Positions 1 through 12,800 of a stretch of DNA of 64,000 nt are shown in pieces (position 1 is the first letter of the stretch; every line of letters starts with the position of its first letter). The stretch is taken from the IMG/VR virus record IMGVR_UViG_3300032291_002681, positions 1-64,000 of that record; one strand, given 5' to 3'. This DNA is from a virus. A program made the translations under genes and the position numbers. The notes beneath the pieces are model-generated. The model saw only the letters and a list, made by a program, of their open reading frames with translations, was not told the DNA's origin and ran no database searches.

Positions 1-2769
1 AATGTTAAATACCCTAACTTAGATTATAGTGAAAGTAAATGTTATAGAGATTTAGGATATATCATTGATGGAGTAGCAACTGATTTACTTTATGGTGGTA
101 ATGAAAGAAGTAGAAAGAATGCAGATTACTATTATGAGTTCCCATCTCAAGCTAATGGTTCTGGTTCACAAGTTGTAGAAACGGTAGAAGCAATTAAGTA
201 CGCAGCTAGAATAACAACCGCATCTATTAGTAGTACACTATTACCAACACCACAAATTATACCTAATACCTTAGCAAATATTAAAGTAACAAACGCTAAT
301 CAATATATTTCAGCATCATCGGCAACTTCTACTGAAGCAACGATACTATCAGCATCAATTGCTATTGTAACAAACATAATTTCTAACGGAACTGGTTCAG
401 CAATAGTATCGGCATCATTAAGTTTACCAACTTCATCTTATACAACGCCGGTAAGCAATGATAACAGATGGATTGCATACGGAATACTAAAAAATAACAT
501 TTCATTCATACAGGATGAAACTATTGCATATTTATCATCATCTTGGTCAACTGCATCTTATGATGAAAGTAAGTGTAGACGTGATGTGGGATTAATTATA
601 AGTGGAGCAGCTGAAGATTTGGTATTTAACTCAAATTCAGCATCAGTAGTAAATGGTAGATTCTATTATCTATATCCATCTCAAGCGCAAGGAGCACAAT
701 TGAATCAAACTATTGATGGAATAAACTACGCAAGTAAGTTAGTACAAAAAGTAATTCAAAACGTAACTTATGTAACGGCATCAGCAGTTGTATCGGCATC
801 ATACGCATTAATAAGAAACAATAGACAATTTATTCAAAACGAAACTATTGCTTATCTATCTTCTTCTTGGAGTACGGCATCTTATGATGAAGTAACTTGT
901 AAGAGAGATGTTGGTCATATCATAGATGCAGTTTCTACGGATTTATTATATGGTGGAAATGAAAGAAGTACAAACGCTGGAGTATTCTATTATCTATATC
1001 CATCACAAGCGCAAGGTTCACAATTACAACCAACATTAACAGGTGTTAAATACGCAGGACAAACTTCTAAGAATGTTGCATCATCATTAACATTTGTGAC
1101 AGCATCTCAATTAGTATCAGCATCAGTTAATTTGTTGAGAAAAAATAGAGAGTTTATACAAAATGAAACACTAGCGTACTTAACTGCTAGTTGGAGTACA
1201 TTTGAGTATGATAAAGATAAGTGTAAGAGAGATACTGGTTATATCTTAGATGGTGTTACTACCGATTTATTATATGGTGGTAATGAGAGAACTGTATTGA
1301 ATGGTAAATTCTATTACGAATATCCATCTTTAGCAATCGTTGAAGGTGATGGTGATGGTGTTGGTCAATTAGGACAAACAATTGATGGTATAAACTACGC
1401 AGGTAGAATAGCACAAAAGATTGCACAAAATATACTATTCGTAACCGCATCAGTAGAGGCATCAGCATCGTTTGATTTATTAAGAAAAAATAAAGCATTT
1501 GTGGCAGAGGAAACTATTGCTTATGTAAGTTCTTCTTGGAGTGGTGTATATTATAACGAAGCAACTTGTAAGAGAGATGTAGGATACCTAATAGATGCAG
1601 CAGCAACGGATGTATTATATGGTGGACAAGAAAGAAGTGTGATAGCAGGACAGTATTATTACTTATATCCTTCTAACGCAATCAATAAAGGTGTACCATC
1701 TACTCAAAATCAATTAGACCCAACTCTTACTGGTATCAGATATGCTGGAAAGACAGCTAAAAAAGTAATAACTAATCCAACTTATTTAGTACCGTCTGCA
1801 TCTCTATTAACAACAGCAAAATTGTTGACAGATAATAAAGAATTGATACAAAAAGAAACTATAACATTCTTATCTTCATCTTGGAGTAATTTGAAATACA
1901 ATGAAGTAAGTTGTAGTAGAGATTTAGGATTTATCATAGATGCAATCAGAACGGATTTGGTTTATGGTGGTAACGAAAGAAGTATTGAAGCAGGTTCATA
2001 TTATTATAAATTCCCATCAGTAGCAATATTAGATAGTTATGGTGATAATAATGGACAAAAGAAACAAACGATAGATGGTATAAACTTCGCAAGAGGAATA
2101 TCTGAAAAAATTGTAGCAAATACTTTATTAACTTACTTAGCACCATCAACTAAGAGAAGACAAGCAGCTGAAAGATTGAAAGCTGGTAAAGATGAATTGA
2201 AACAAAGAGCAATTGGATACACAAATGGAGCTTTCCCATATTTAGTATATAATGAGGCAAGTTGTTCACGTGATACTGGATTTATTGTAGATGCGGCTGT
2301 AACTGATTTATTATATGGTGGAAACGAAAGAGGAATCAGAGCAGCATCGTCATACTATGATGGTCAATATGGAAGTGCAATAGCTGTGACTAGAGACCAA
2401 TTATTGGAAACTTTGGAAACAAATAGATATTTAAGAACTAGAGCAGAGTTTATTGCAGCAGGAGCACCATTAGAATCATTTGGTTCATTAATTGTGGCAA
2501 CTGGTATTGACTACTCTTATAATGGTAGTGGTGTAACATTTAAAGCACTTCCTCCAAATCAGGGTGGTAGTGGTGTTCCTAATCCTGAATTTGAAATTAC
2601 GGAATTAGGTGGTGGTAGAATCTTCTTTACCTCTGGTAACCAAGATGGTGACTTTAGAATTGGTACGGGACTAAGTATTAATCAGGCAACTGGTACTCTT
2701 GTGGGTAGAACATTTAGTAAATCTCTATTCTCATTAGTAACTCCGTTCTCATTGGCACTACAAATATAA
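1..2769 (+). CDS. Large virion structural repeat protein, 5'-truncated by the window edge; seven CxRDxG...D(L/V)xYGGN units
   Basis: Frame 1 is open from base 1 (NVKYPNLDYSESKCYRDLGYIIDGVATDLLYGGNERS...), so the listed GTG start at 586 is internal. Cys codons of the repeat are at 40, 574, 898, 1222, 1567, 1912 and 2263. The C-terminus (FFTSGNQDGDFRIGTGLSINQATGTLVGRTFSKSLFSLVTPF) resembles ends of T4-like phage fibre/structural proteins. Confidence 0.75.
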   Translation, partial: NVKYPNLDYSESKCYRDLGYIIDGVATDLLYGGNERSRKNADYYYEFPSQANGSGSQVVETVEAIKYAARITTASISSTLLPTPQIIPNTLANIKVTNANQYISASSATSTEATILSASIAIVTNIISNGTGSAIVSASLSLPTSSYTTPVSNDNRWIAYGILKNNISFIQDETIAYLSSSWSTASYDESKCRRDVGLIISGAAEDLVFNSNSASVVNGRFYYLYPSQAQGAQLNQTIDGINYASKLVQKVIQNVTYVTASAVVSASYALIRNNRQFIQNETIAYLSSSWSTASYDEVTCKRDVGHIIDAVSTDLLYGGNERSTNAGVFYYLYPSQAQGSQLQPTLTGVKYAGQTSKNVASSLTFVTASQLVSASVNLLRKNREFIQNETLAYLTASWSTFEYDKDKCKRDTGYILDGVTTDLLYGGNERTVLNGKFYYEYPSLAIVEGDGDGVGQLGQTIDGINYAGRIAQKIAQNILFVTASVEASASFDLLRKNKAFVAEETIAYVSSSWSGVYYNEATCKRDVGYLIDAAATDVLYGGQERSVIAGQYYYLYPSNAINKGVPSTQNQLDPTLTGIRYAGKTAKKVITNPTYLVPSASLLTTAKLLTDNKELIQKETITFLSSSWSNLKYNEVSCSRDLGFIIDAIRTDLVYGGNERSIEAGSYYYKFPSVAILDSYGDNNGQKKQTIDGINFARGISEKIVANTLLTYLAPSTKRRQAAERLKAGKDELKQRAIGYTNGAFPYLVYNEASCSRDTGFIVDAAVTDLLYGGNERGIRAASSYYDGQYGSAIAVTRDQLLETLETNRYLRTRAEFIAAGAPLESFGSLIVATGIDYSYNGSGVTFKALPPNQGGSGVPNPEFEITELGGGRIFFTSGNQDGDFRIGTGLSINQATGTLVGRTFSKSLFSLVTPFSLALQI

Positions 2770-2794
2770 AAAAGAAAATAAAAAATAAAAAGAA

Positions 2795-3739
2795 ATGGCA
2801 GAAGTTTTTGTACCCTTAAATCGGTTTCAGTCAGTTGTAACAGGACTGACTGGTGAACCCGATGAAATCTACACAACACCAGCGGGTGTATCATCGATTG
2901 TGTTATCTTGTCAAATTACAAATAATAGTTTGATAACACAACCTGTGACAATATTTGTAACATCGAATAAAGAAATACCTGTGCCACAGTTTGGAGATAT
3001 TTTTAGTGGTAGTAATTTCATTAGTGCTTCCGCCGGTCCTTTTGCTGTCAATGGAATTGAAAATTTGGGTAGATTTAGTGGTAGTTTTGCGAGTGCATCT
3101 TTATTACTTAATTCAAATAGACAATTTTTAAGAAAAGAAATAGCAGCATACACAAATAATCAAAATAGTTTATCGGAAACTCCGTTTGTTTTTATATCAG
3201 ATTATTTTGAACAAAACACATTAGATGATGTGGATGCAATTAAATATGATATTGTAAATAACACAACTATTAGAACAAATAAAGCAGCAAAAGCATACTT
3301 TGATAAAAATGGTAGAAGTCTTATAGATACAACGGAATATTCAGCATCATTATTTGCATTAGATTATTTAAAAATATTATCTAATCAAATTATAAAAAAT
3401 CAATCAACAACTGGTTCTTCGGATTCGCCATTATTATTTCAAAGTGGAGTAACTCAATCGGTATTAACTAATTTTAATAACGGAACTGTAGCTGGAATTT
3501 CCGCATCAATATATGTTGTAAATTCTTTAGTGGATGTAATTAAGGAAACTATTGAAGCTCCTGTGTTTACTGAACAAGAAGCTGTAAGATTGGTTACAAA
3601 TGTAACAATACCACCAGCGGATTCTCTTTCACCAGTAGTTTCTGGTAAATTAGTGTTAGAAGAAACATACGGATTTATCGTTTCGGGCTCAACTGAATTA
3701 ACCGTAGTTCTTTCTTTGCTTGAAAGTGCTAATGAATAA
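2795..3739 (+). CDS. Structural adaptor protein (small beta-rich domain) with a ~200 aa insertion
   Basis: The N-terminal (EIYTTPAGVSSIVLSCQITN) and C-terminal (IPPADSL...GKLVLEETY...LSLLE) segments match the 110 aa paralog at 16854. The insert looks like a Cys-less copy of the upstream repeat. Confidence 0.6.
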   Translation: MAEVFVPLNRFQSVVTGLTGEPDEIYTTPAGVSSIVLSCQITNNSLITQPVTIFVTSNKEIPVPQFGDIFSGSNFISASAGPFAVNGIENLGRFSGSFASASLLLNSNRQFLRKEIAAYTNNQNSLSETPFVFISDYFEQNTLDDVDAIKYDIVNNTTIRTNKAAKAYFDKNGRSLIDTTEYSASLFALDYLKILSNQIIKNQSTTGSSDSPLLFQSGVTQSVLTNFNNGTVAGISASIYVVNSLVDVIKETIEAPVFTEQEAVRLVTNVTIPPADSLSPVVSGKLVLEETYGFIVSGSTELTVVLSLLESANE

Positions 3740-3807
3740 GTGATATTATCTTTAGGTAATATTTATAAGGGATTCATTATATTTATAAAAAAGCTGGAAA
3801 GTAAAGA

Positions 3808-6800
3808 ATGGCAATTAGTAATCTATTAACAGGAAGGGTAAGAGTAGTTTCACCTAAAAATGTAACACAGGACAGGTATCAATTTATTGATTTATCACAA
3901 GTTGAACCAAATTTAGGTGTTCCAAATTTTTCGGCATCACTTTCAGGTTCTCCAGCTATTGTAGTTTCGGATGACCAGGGTAATAGAGGATTTGTAAGAA
4001 GTTTAGATTTAGATAGAGCAACTGGAGCATTTACTGGTTCATTTACTGGTTCATTTACTGGTTCTTATTATGGAGACGGTAGAGATTTATTTAATCTACC
4101 TGCCGCAAGATTTATATCAAGTGGTTCGGCAACTGCATCTTTTGTAGAAGGGAATTTATTAATTAATACGAACACTAGAGTTCAAGGTGACCTTTATGTC
4201 GATGATACAATTTATGCGGAAAGTATAATAGTATCTTATATATCATCATCGGTAATTTATTCTTCTGGTTCAAATATATTTGGAGATAATTATACTGATA
4301 GACAACAATTTACAGGATCTGTATTAGTTAGTTCATCTATTATTGTAAATGATATTACCGCATCACAATCTATCACTGGTTCATTTACCGGTTCTTTTTT
4401 TGGTGATGGTAGAGATATATTTAATTTACCACAAGCTACAAGATTAGTAACCGGTTCGGTAACCGCATCAGTAACACCTGAAGATGGATTTAAAGTAGTT
4501 TCAATTGTAAGTGGTTCTCAATTTACTGGTTCTCTTTTTGTAAGTGGGAATATTACTATACCATCTGGTAGTGGTTTTTTTAGTGGTAGTGGTGAAGGAT
4601 TATTTAACATACCACTTTCAGCACTTAATATAGATTCATTAGTAGCTAGTAGAATTGCAAGTGGTAGTGTTACTGCATCAGTTTCACCAACTGAAGGATT
4701 TAAAGTATTATCAGTCGCAAGTGGGTCTACTTTTACTGGTTCTCTTTTTGTAAGTGGAAATGTTGTAATTCCATCTGGTAGTGGATTCTTTAGTGGTAGT
4801 GGTGAAGGATTATTTAATATTCCATTATCGGCACTTAATATCGATTCATTAGAATCAACTTTAATATCAAGTGGTAGTATAACTGCGTCTGTATCTCCTG
4901 TATTTGGATTTAAAGTGCAATCACAAGAAAGTGGTTCTCAATTTAGTGGTTCCGTTAATATTAGTGGTAGTTTATTCGTATCACCATTTAGTGGCTCTTT
5001 ACAATTAGCATCTGGTTCAAATTATTATGGTGAGGGCCAATTCTTAAGAAACATACCTCGTTCAGCATTAACCGAAGACGCATTAATATCTACCGAAATA
5101 AAATCAGGTTCAATAACCGCATCAGTTTCACCTGTATTTGGATTTAAAGTAGAAACACCATTTACTGGTTCTCAATTTGGTTCTCAATTTACGGGAAGTA
5201 TTGATGTAAGTGGTAGTGTTAAAGCATTTGCATTTATAGGAGATGGTTCTCAATTAACAAATGTACAAGCAGCAGCTGCACCAAGAATAGAATCTGGTTC
5301 TGTAACTGCTTCGGTATCACCTAATTTTGGATTCCGTGTAGAATCGCAAATAAGTGGTTCTGAATTTACTGGTTCAATTGATGTGAGTGGAAGTATATTC
5401 ATACCATCCGGTAGTGGTGTATTTAGTGGTAGTGGTGCGGGTTTATTTGATATACCTCGTTCGGCACTTACTCCTGACGCATTATTATCAAACTTAATAG
5501 CAAGTGGTAGTGTTACCGCGTCTGTAACTCCTCAATTTGGATTCCGTGTGGAATCCAGAGTAAGTGGTTCAGAGTTTACAGGTTCAATTGATATTAGTGG
5601 AAGTGTATTTATACCAAGTGGTAGTGGTGTATTTAGTGGTAGTGGTGCGGGTTTATTTGATATACCTCGTTCAGCACTTACACCAGATGCACTTTTATCA
5701 AATTTAATAGCGAGTGGTTCAGTAACGGCATCTGTAACGCCTGATTTTGGATTTAGAATACAATCAATTGATAGTGGTTCTCAATTTACAGGTTCACTTT
5801 TTGTAAGTGGAGCTAGAGGTATTGAATTGGCATCGGGTTCATCTTATTCAGGTAGTGGTGCTAGATTGTTTAATATACCAGTAAATGCAATTGAAGATTT
5901 AGACCTCTCCAAAATTGGTAGTGGTTCGGTAACTGCATCAATAACTCCAAATAATGGATTTAGAGTAAATACATTTTCTACCTTTACCGGTAGTATGATT
6001 ATATCGGCATCTGCTACATATTTTGCAACCGAATCAATCAATCCAATATATAATGTAACTAATAATGGCAGTACATCGTATTCTTTTACCGGTGGAATTA
6101 TTGGTGATAATCCTACACTAACTTTAGTAAGAGGGGTAACTTATACATTTAATTTAAATGCAAGTGGGCATCCATTTTGGATAAAAACAATTCAATCCAC
6201 TGGTATTGTAAACGCATATAATACCGGTGTAACGAATAACGGTGATGATAATGGGGTAATAACATTTACACCACAAGTTGGTTCACCTAATACTCTATAT
6301 TATAATTGCCAACTTCATTTATCAATGGGTGGTATAATTAACATTATAGACGGGGTTTTACAAAAAACACCTGGAGTTGTTATTTCCGGAAGTTTAGATG
6401 TAAGTGAAGTTGTTAGAGCTAGAGAATTTACGGGTTCATTTTCAGCATCATTTATACAAGGTGATGGTGCTGGATTATTTAATATTCCTCGTTCTGCATT
6501 TACCGGAGATTCTTTTAGAATTGCTAGTGGTAGTATAACCGCATCAGTTTCACCTGTATTTGGATTTAAAGTAGAATCGGCTGAAGTTGGTTCTGAAATT
6601 TCTGGAAGTGTTAGAGTAAGTGGTTCGGTAATTGCATCAGCTGTAACCGCTGTATCAATGAGTGCACTTAATTTTAGTGGTTCATTTCAAGGAGATGGTA
6701 GTAGATTAACTAATATTGTTATTCCACCATTGGAGACTACACAAATAGCTAGTGGTTCGGTAACGGCATCAGCTGCACCTGATAAGGGATTTATAGTAAA

Positions 6801-9800
6801 ATCATCGGATTTTGGTTCTCAATTTACTGGTTCAGTTTTCATAAGTGGTAGTAGAGGCATTGAAATTGTATCTGGTTCATCTTACTCTGGTAGTGGTGCT
6901 AGATTATTTGATATACCGAGAACGGCGTTGGCACCTGATGCGTTAGATACCAATAGAATTCTTTCCGGTTCGGTAACGGCATCGGTAACTCCCCAATTTG
7001 GATTTCGAGTAGAATCTACCGAAAGAGGTTCTCAATTTAGTGGTTCGGTATTTTTAAGTGGTTCGGTATTTTTAAGAACAGGTTCGTTTAGTGGTAGTGG
7101 TAGAAATCTATTTGATATACCAGTTGCAGCTTTATCCGATTTAGATACATCAAAAATATTTAGTGGTTCGGTAACCGCATCGGTATCACCTAATTTTGGA
7201 TTTGTAGTAACATCTGTTGCGAGTGGTTCTATATTTAGTGGAAGTTTATTAGTAAGTGGAAGTAGTAGATTTAGAATGGGTGTATCTGCATCCGTATTTA
7301 GTGGTAGTGGAGCAGGATTGACAGATATTCCATTCTCAGCACTATCACAGGAATTATTTAGAATTGCAAGTGGGAGTGTGACTGCTTCAGCATTGCCTGA
7401 CAGGGGATTTGTTGTAGAATCCGTAGCAAGCGGTTCACAGATAACTGGTAGTGTTAAAATAACTGGAAGTTTAACAATAAATGCAACATCTGGAGCATTA
7501 ATACTTGGTTCATCATCTGCTTATTTTGGTGAAGGTACTTATTTAAGAAATATTCCTAGAAATGCTCTTAGTGAAGACGCATTAATATCAACTGAAATTA
7601 AAAGTGGTAGTGTAACGGCATCCGTTTCACCTAATTTTGGATTTGTTGTAAAATCGGCAGAAAGTGGTTCGCAATTTACTGGTAGTGTAAATATTAGTGG
7701 TAGTTTGCTTGTAAGAAGTGGTTCATTTTTTATTGGAGATGGTAGATTCCTTAACAATATTACATTAGCAAATTTAGCAATAGATTCTACAAAAATATTT
7801 AGTGGAAGTGCAACCGCATCAATATCACCATCGGATGGATTTAAAGTAAATACACATTCTAGATTTGATGGAAGTTTTATTGTATCTTCATCTGCAAGAA
7901 GTACACCTGATTATTTAATAGATAGAACTATTGCTGTAACAAATGATGGTAGTAATTCTTATATAATAGAAGTCGGTCTTATTAGTGGTTCAAACCCAAC
8001 TATAACATTAGTTAGGGGATTACAATACACTATTGATGTAAATGCACCTGGACACCCATTTTGGATTAAATATATAGAATCAACCGGTACATCTAATTCA
8101 TATAGTAGTAGTATTACAAATAATGGAACTGATAGTGGTACTATTGTATTCACTCCGCCATCCGGTTCGCCAGATACACTTTACTATAATTGTCAATTAC
8201 ATTCTTCAATGAAGGGTACAATTAATTTAATAAATGAATTAATTATTCCTGCAGAAATACGATTAATTGGAAATACTAAAATAGAAGGTAATCTTACTGC
8301 TTCGATGTATAGTGGTAGTGGTAGAGGTTTATTTGATATTCCTCGTTCTGCGATAACCGAAGATTCAGTTAGAATAGCAAGTGCTAGTGTGACCGCTTCG
8401 GTATCACCTGACTCTGGATTCTTAGTTCAATCGGTTGTTAGTGGTTCTACATTTAGTGGAAGTGTTGTTGTATCTGGAAGTATGTTCTTAAACTTTACTT
8501 CTGGTGCATTATTTATAGATTCATCATCTGGACTTTATTCTGATGGACAATTCTTAAGAAATATACCTCGTTCGGCTTTAACAGAAGATGCATTAATTAG
8601 TACTGAAATTAAATCTGGTTCCGTAACCGCATCCGTTTCTCCTGTATTCGGATTCAGAGTTGAAACTGGATTTACATCATCAATAAATGAAAATGGAGTT
8701 TATACAACTCAAATTGGTTCTAGATTTACTGGTAGTATTGATGTTAGTGGTAGTTTATTTATAAATGAAGTTAGTGGAGCAATATATCTTCAATCATCTT
8801 CAAATTATTATGGAGAAGGAAGATATTTAAGAAATATCCCCCGTTCAGCACTAACTGAAGATGCACTTATTAGTACCGAAATTAAATCGGGTTCAGTAAC
8901 AGCATCGGTAACACCTGATGAGGGTTTTAGAGTAATAACACCATTTACCGGTTCACAAATTGGTTCACAATTTACCGGTTCGGTTAATGTGAGTGGCTCA
9001 CTTATTGGGGATAATTTAACTGCTAGAGGATTTTTCTTTGGTGATGGTAGATTTATTACCAATGTACAAGCGGCTGCAGCTCCATTGATAGCAAGTGGTT
9101 CGGCAACTGCTTCGGTAGCAAGTGGAGAAACATTTGTAGTAAGAACTGAAAAAACAGGTTCTCAAATAGGTTCTGAATTTACTGGTTCAATATCAGTTAG
9201 TGGCTCAATATTAGGACAAGATATAACTTCAACTAGATTCTTCTTTGGAGATGGTAGATTTATTACAAATGTAGTTGCATCCGCAGCTCCATTTATAGCT
9301 AGTGGTTCGGCAACTGCATCGGTAGCAAACGGGTTTGATTTTAGAGTAATAACTGCGGCAACTGGTTCGGAAGTAGGTTCTGAATTTACTGGTAGTGTAG
9401 AGGTTAGTGGTTCATTAAAAGCAGATGATTTAACGGCAAGGGGATTCATTTTTGGTGATGGTAGATTTATCACTAATGTACAAGCATCCGCAGCTCCTTT
9501 AATAGCTAGTGGTTCTGCAACCGCATCGGTAGCAAGTGGAGATACTTTTAGAGTAATAACTGCCCCATCTTCTGGTTCGTTTAAATCACAATTTACATCA
9601 TCAGTAGCAATTAGTGGTTCTATTACTGCATCTTTATTTGTTGGTGATGGTGGTGGATTATTTAATATCCCACCTGATGCGATTGAAAATTTAGAATTAG
9701 CAAAGATTAACTCTGGTTCTGGTATTGCAATTATTGACCCAAATAAATTAGATGTAAATGTACCAATTACAGCATCTCGATTTGATGGAGATGGTAGTGG

Positions 9801-12800
9801 ATTATTTAATATTCCACCTGAAGCATTAGATGATTTGCAGATTGATAGAATTCAGTCTGGTTCATTTGAAGCAGTAATTTCTCCAAATAGAGGATTAGAA
9901 ATTGGAACTAGAACATTTGTGTCTGGTAACCTAAGTGTTAGTGGTGGATTGTTTGTAACTGGTGGAAACATTATAGTATCATCTGGTTCTTCATTCGTTG
10001 GAGATGGTAGTGGTATTACAAATATTAACATTGCTAATTTATCATTTGAAACATCACTATTACAATCAGGCTCAGCAATAGCTAGAATATCTCCAAATTT
10101 TGGATTTGTAGTAAATACATCATCTTTAATTGAGGGTAATTTAGTAGTAACAAACCAAATTACAGCAAGTAATTTAATATTTTCACCATTATTTACTGGT
10201 TCATTCTTAGGAACTTATAATTTCCAAGGAGTAGGACCAACTGCATCTGCGGAATATGATATTTTACGATATGATGAAAATAGAGGATATTTTATACCTC
10301 AACCTGAAACTTCATTAACTGAAACTGTATCATTTAATAATGTTAGTAATTTAACAATTGTACATAATTTGGGAATTAGATACCCAATGGTGCAAGTGTA
10401 CGCAACTGGTTCTGAAGACCAAATTTTACCTGGCACAATAAAATCAATTAATGATGACACTATTCAAATTGTATTTAGTGGATTGACTAGTGGACACGTT
10501 GTAATTGGTAGTGGTGGTTCATTGATTAATGGTACAATACCTGGTGATAGAGTATTTGGAAATGTATTATCTGCATCATACGCTATAACTGCAGAATTTG
10601 CAAAGACTGTAGCGGGATTTGATTCAGCATCATTGGCAAATTTATCTGCATCATTGAGTGATACTGCACAATATGTAAGAAATTCACAAACCGCATCAAT
10701 GACTGTTGGTAGGGCTGTAAGTTCTTCATACGCACTAACCGCATCTTATGTTGAAAACTTAACCGGATTAAATCTAACTGAATATGTAAGAAACGATAGA
10801 ACATCTTCAATGACTGTTTTATCTGCATCATTTGCAAGAACTGCATCTTACGCATTATTTGCACAAAATGCATCGAATGTAGATACCTCAAACTTTGTTC
10901 AGAATTCACAAACTGCATCAATGTTGGTTGGTACTGCTTCATTAGCATTTACCGCATCATACGCTCTTTACGCTTTAAATGCGGAAGGAGTAAATACGGC
11001 ATCATTCTTACAAGTAAACAAAGATTCTACGATAAACGCTAATTTAACTATTAGTGGTAGTTTGGGAGTAAGTGGTAGTTTAATATTACAAAACTTACCA
11101 TCTGGTTCATCTGAAGATGTTGTTATTTGGAATAGTATAACAAAACGATTAGAAAGAAGAAATATAGTAGCTGCTGTTGGTTCATCTGGTACAACTGGTA
11201 CCGCAGGAACTGCGGGTACATCGGGTTCTTCTGGTACTTCGGGAACTTCGGGTACTTCTGGAACATCCGGTTCATCCGGAACAAGTGGAAGTAGTGGTAC
11301 ATCTGGAGAAGATGGGACATCTGGTACATCTGGAAGTAGTGGAACATCCGGAAGTAGTGGCACATCAGGAACTAGTGGTACAAGTGGTACTTCTGGAACA
11401 TCCGGTTCATCCGGAACAAGTGGTTCAAGTGGTACTTCTGGTTCCAGTGGTAGTAGTGGAACATCTGGAACGAGTGGAACATCAGGAACTTCTGGTTCAA
11501 GTGGTACTTCTGGAACATCTGGAAGTGCTGGGACAAGTGGTACTTCTGGAACATCTGGAACTACTGGTTCAGAAGGAACTTCAGGAACATCTGGAAGTAG
11601 TGGAACATCCGGAAGTAGTGGAACATCCGGAAGTAGTGGTACATCCGGAACTTCTGGCACATCGGGTTCTTCTGGAAGCGGAGGAACATCTGGTACATCT
11701 GGTAGCGGTGGTTCTTCTGGAACATCGGGAAGTGGAGGTACATCTGGTACATCAGGTAGTAGTGGAACTTCTGGAACTTCTGGAACATCTGGAAGTAGTG
11801 GAAGTGGTGGAACATCGGGAACATCTGGAAGTGGTGGAACAAGCGGAACATCTGGAAGTGGTGGAACAAGCGGAACATCCGGAACTTCTGGAAGTAGTGG
11901 AAGTGGAGGAACTTCTGGAAGCGGAGGTTCATCGGGTTCATCTGGAAGTGGAGGAACATCTGGTACATCTGCAACTGCTGGTACGGGTGGAACATCTGGA
12001 AGTAGCGGAACATCTGGAAGTGGTGGAACATCAGGAACTTCTGGTACATCTGGTACATCTGGAACATCTGGTACATCGGGAAGTGATGGTGTAAGTGGAA
12101 CTTCTGGAACAAGCGGAACATCTGGCACATCAGGAACTTCTGGAACAAGCGGAACATCTGGAAGTACCGGTAGTAGTGGAACTTCTGGCACATCAGGAAC
12201 TTCTGGTACATCTGGTACATCTGGAACATCTGGAGAAGATGGGACATCTGGTACATCGGGAAGTAGTGGAACATCTGGTACGAGCGGAACAACTGGAAGT
12301 AGTGGTACATCTGGTACAAGTGGAAGTAGTGGTACTTCTGGTAGTAGTGGTTCATCTGGAACAAGCGGTTCATCTGGTACTACCGGTTCATCCGGAACTT
12401 CTGGAAGTAGCGGAACAAGTGGAACTTCTGGAACAGATGGTACATCAGGAACAAGCGGCTCATCAGGAACATCAGGAACTTCAGGAAGCACTGGTTCATC
12501 TGGTACTAGTGGAAGTAGTGGAACTTCTGGAACATCAGGAAGTGATGGAACTTCTGGAACAAGCGGTACTTCTGGTACAAGTGGAACATCAGGAAGTACC
12601 GGTTCAGATGGTACTTCTGGAAGTAGTGGAACATCGGGTACATCGGGTAGTGATGGAACTTCTGGTACATCTGGCTCAGCTGGAACATCAGGAAGTACCG
12701 GTTCATCTGGTACAACTGGCTCCGAAGGTACGAGTGGAACATCTGCAATAGATGGAACAAGTGGTACTTCTGGAACCGATGGTACGAGTGGTACATCTGG

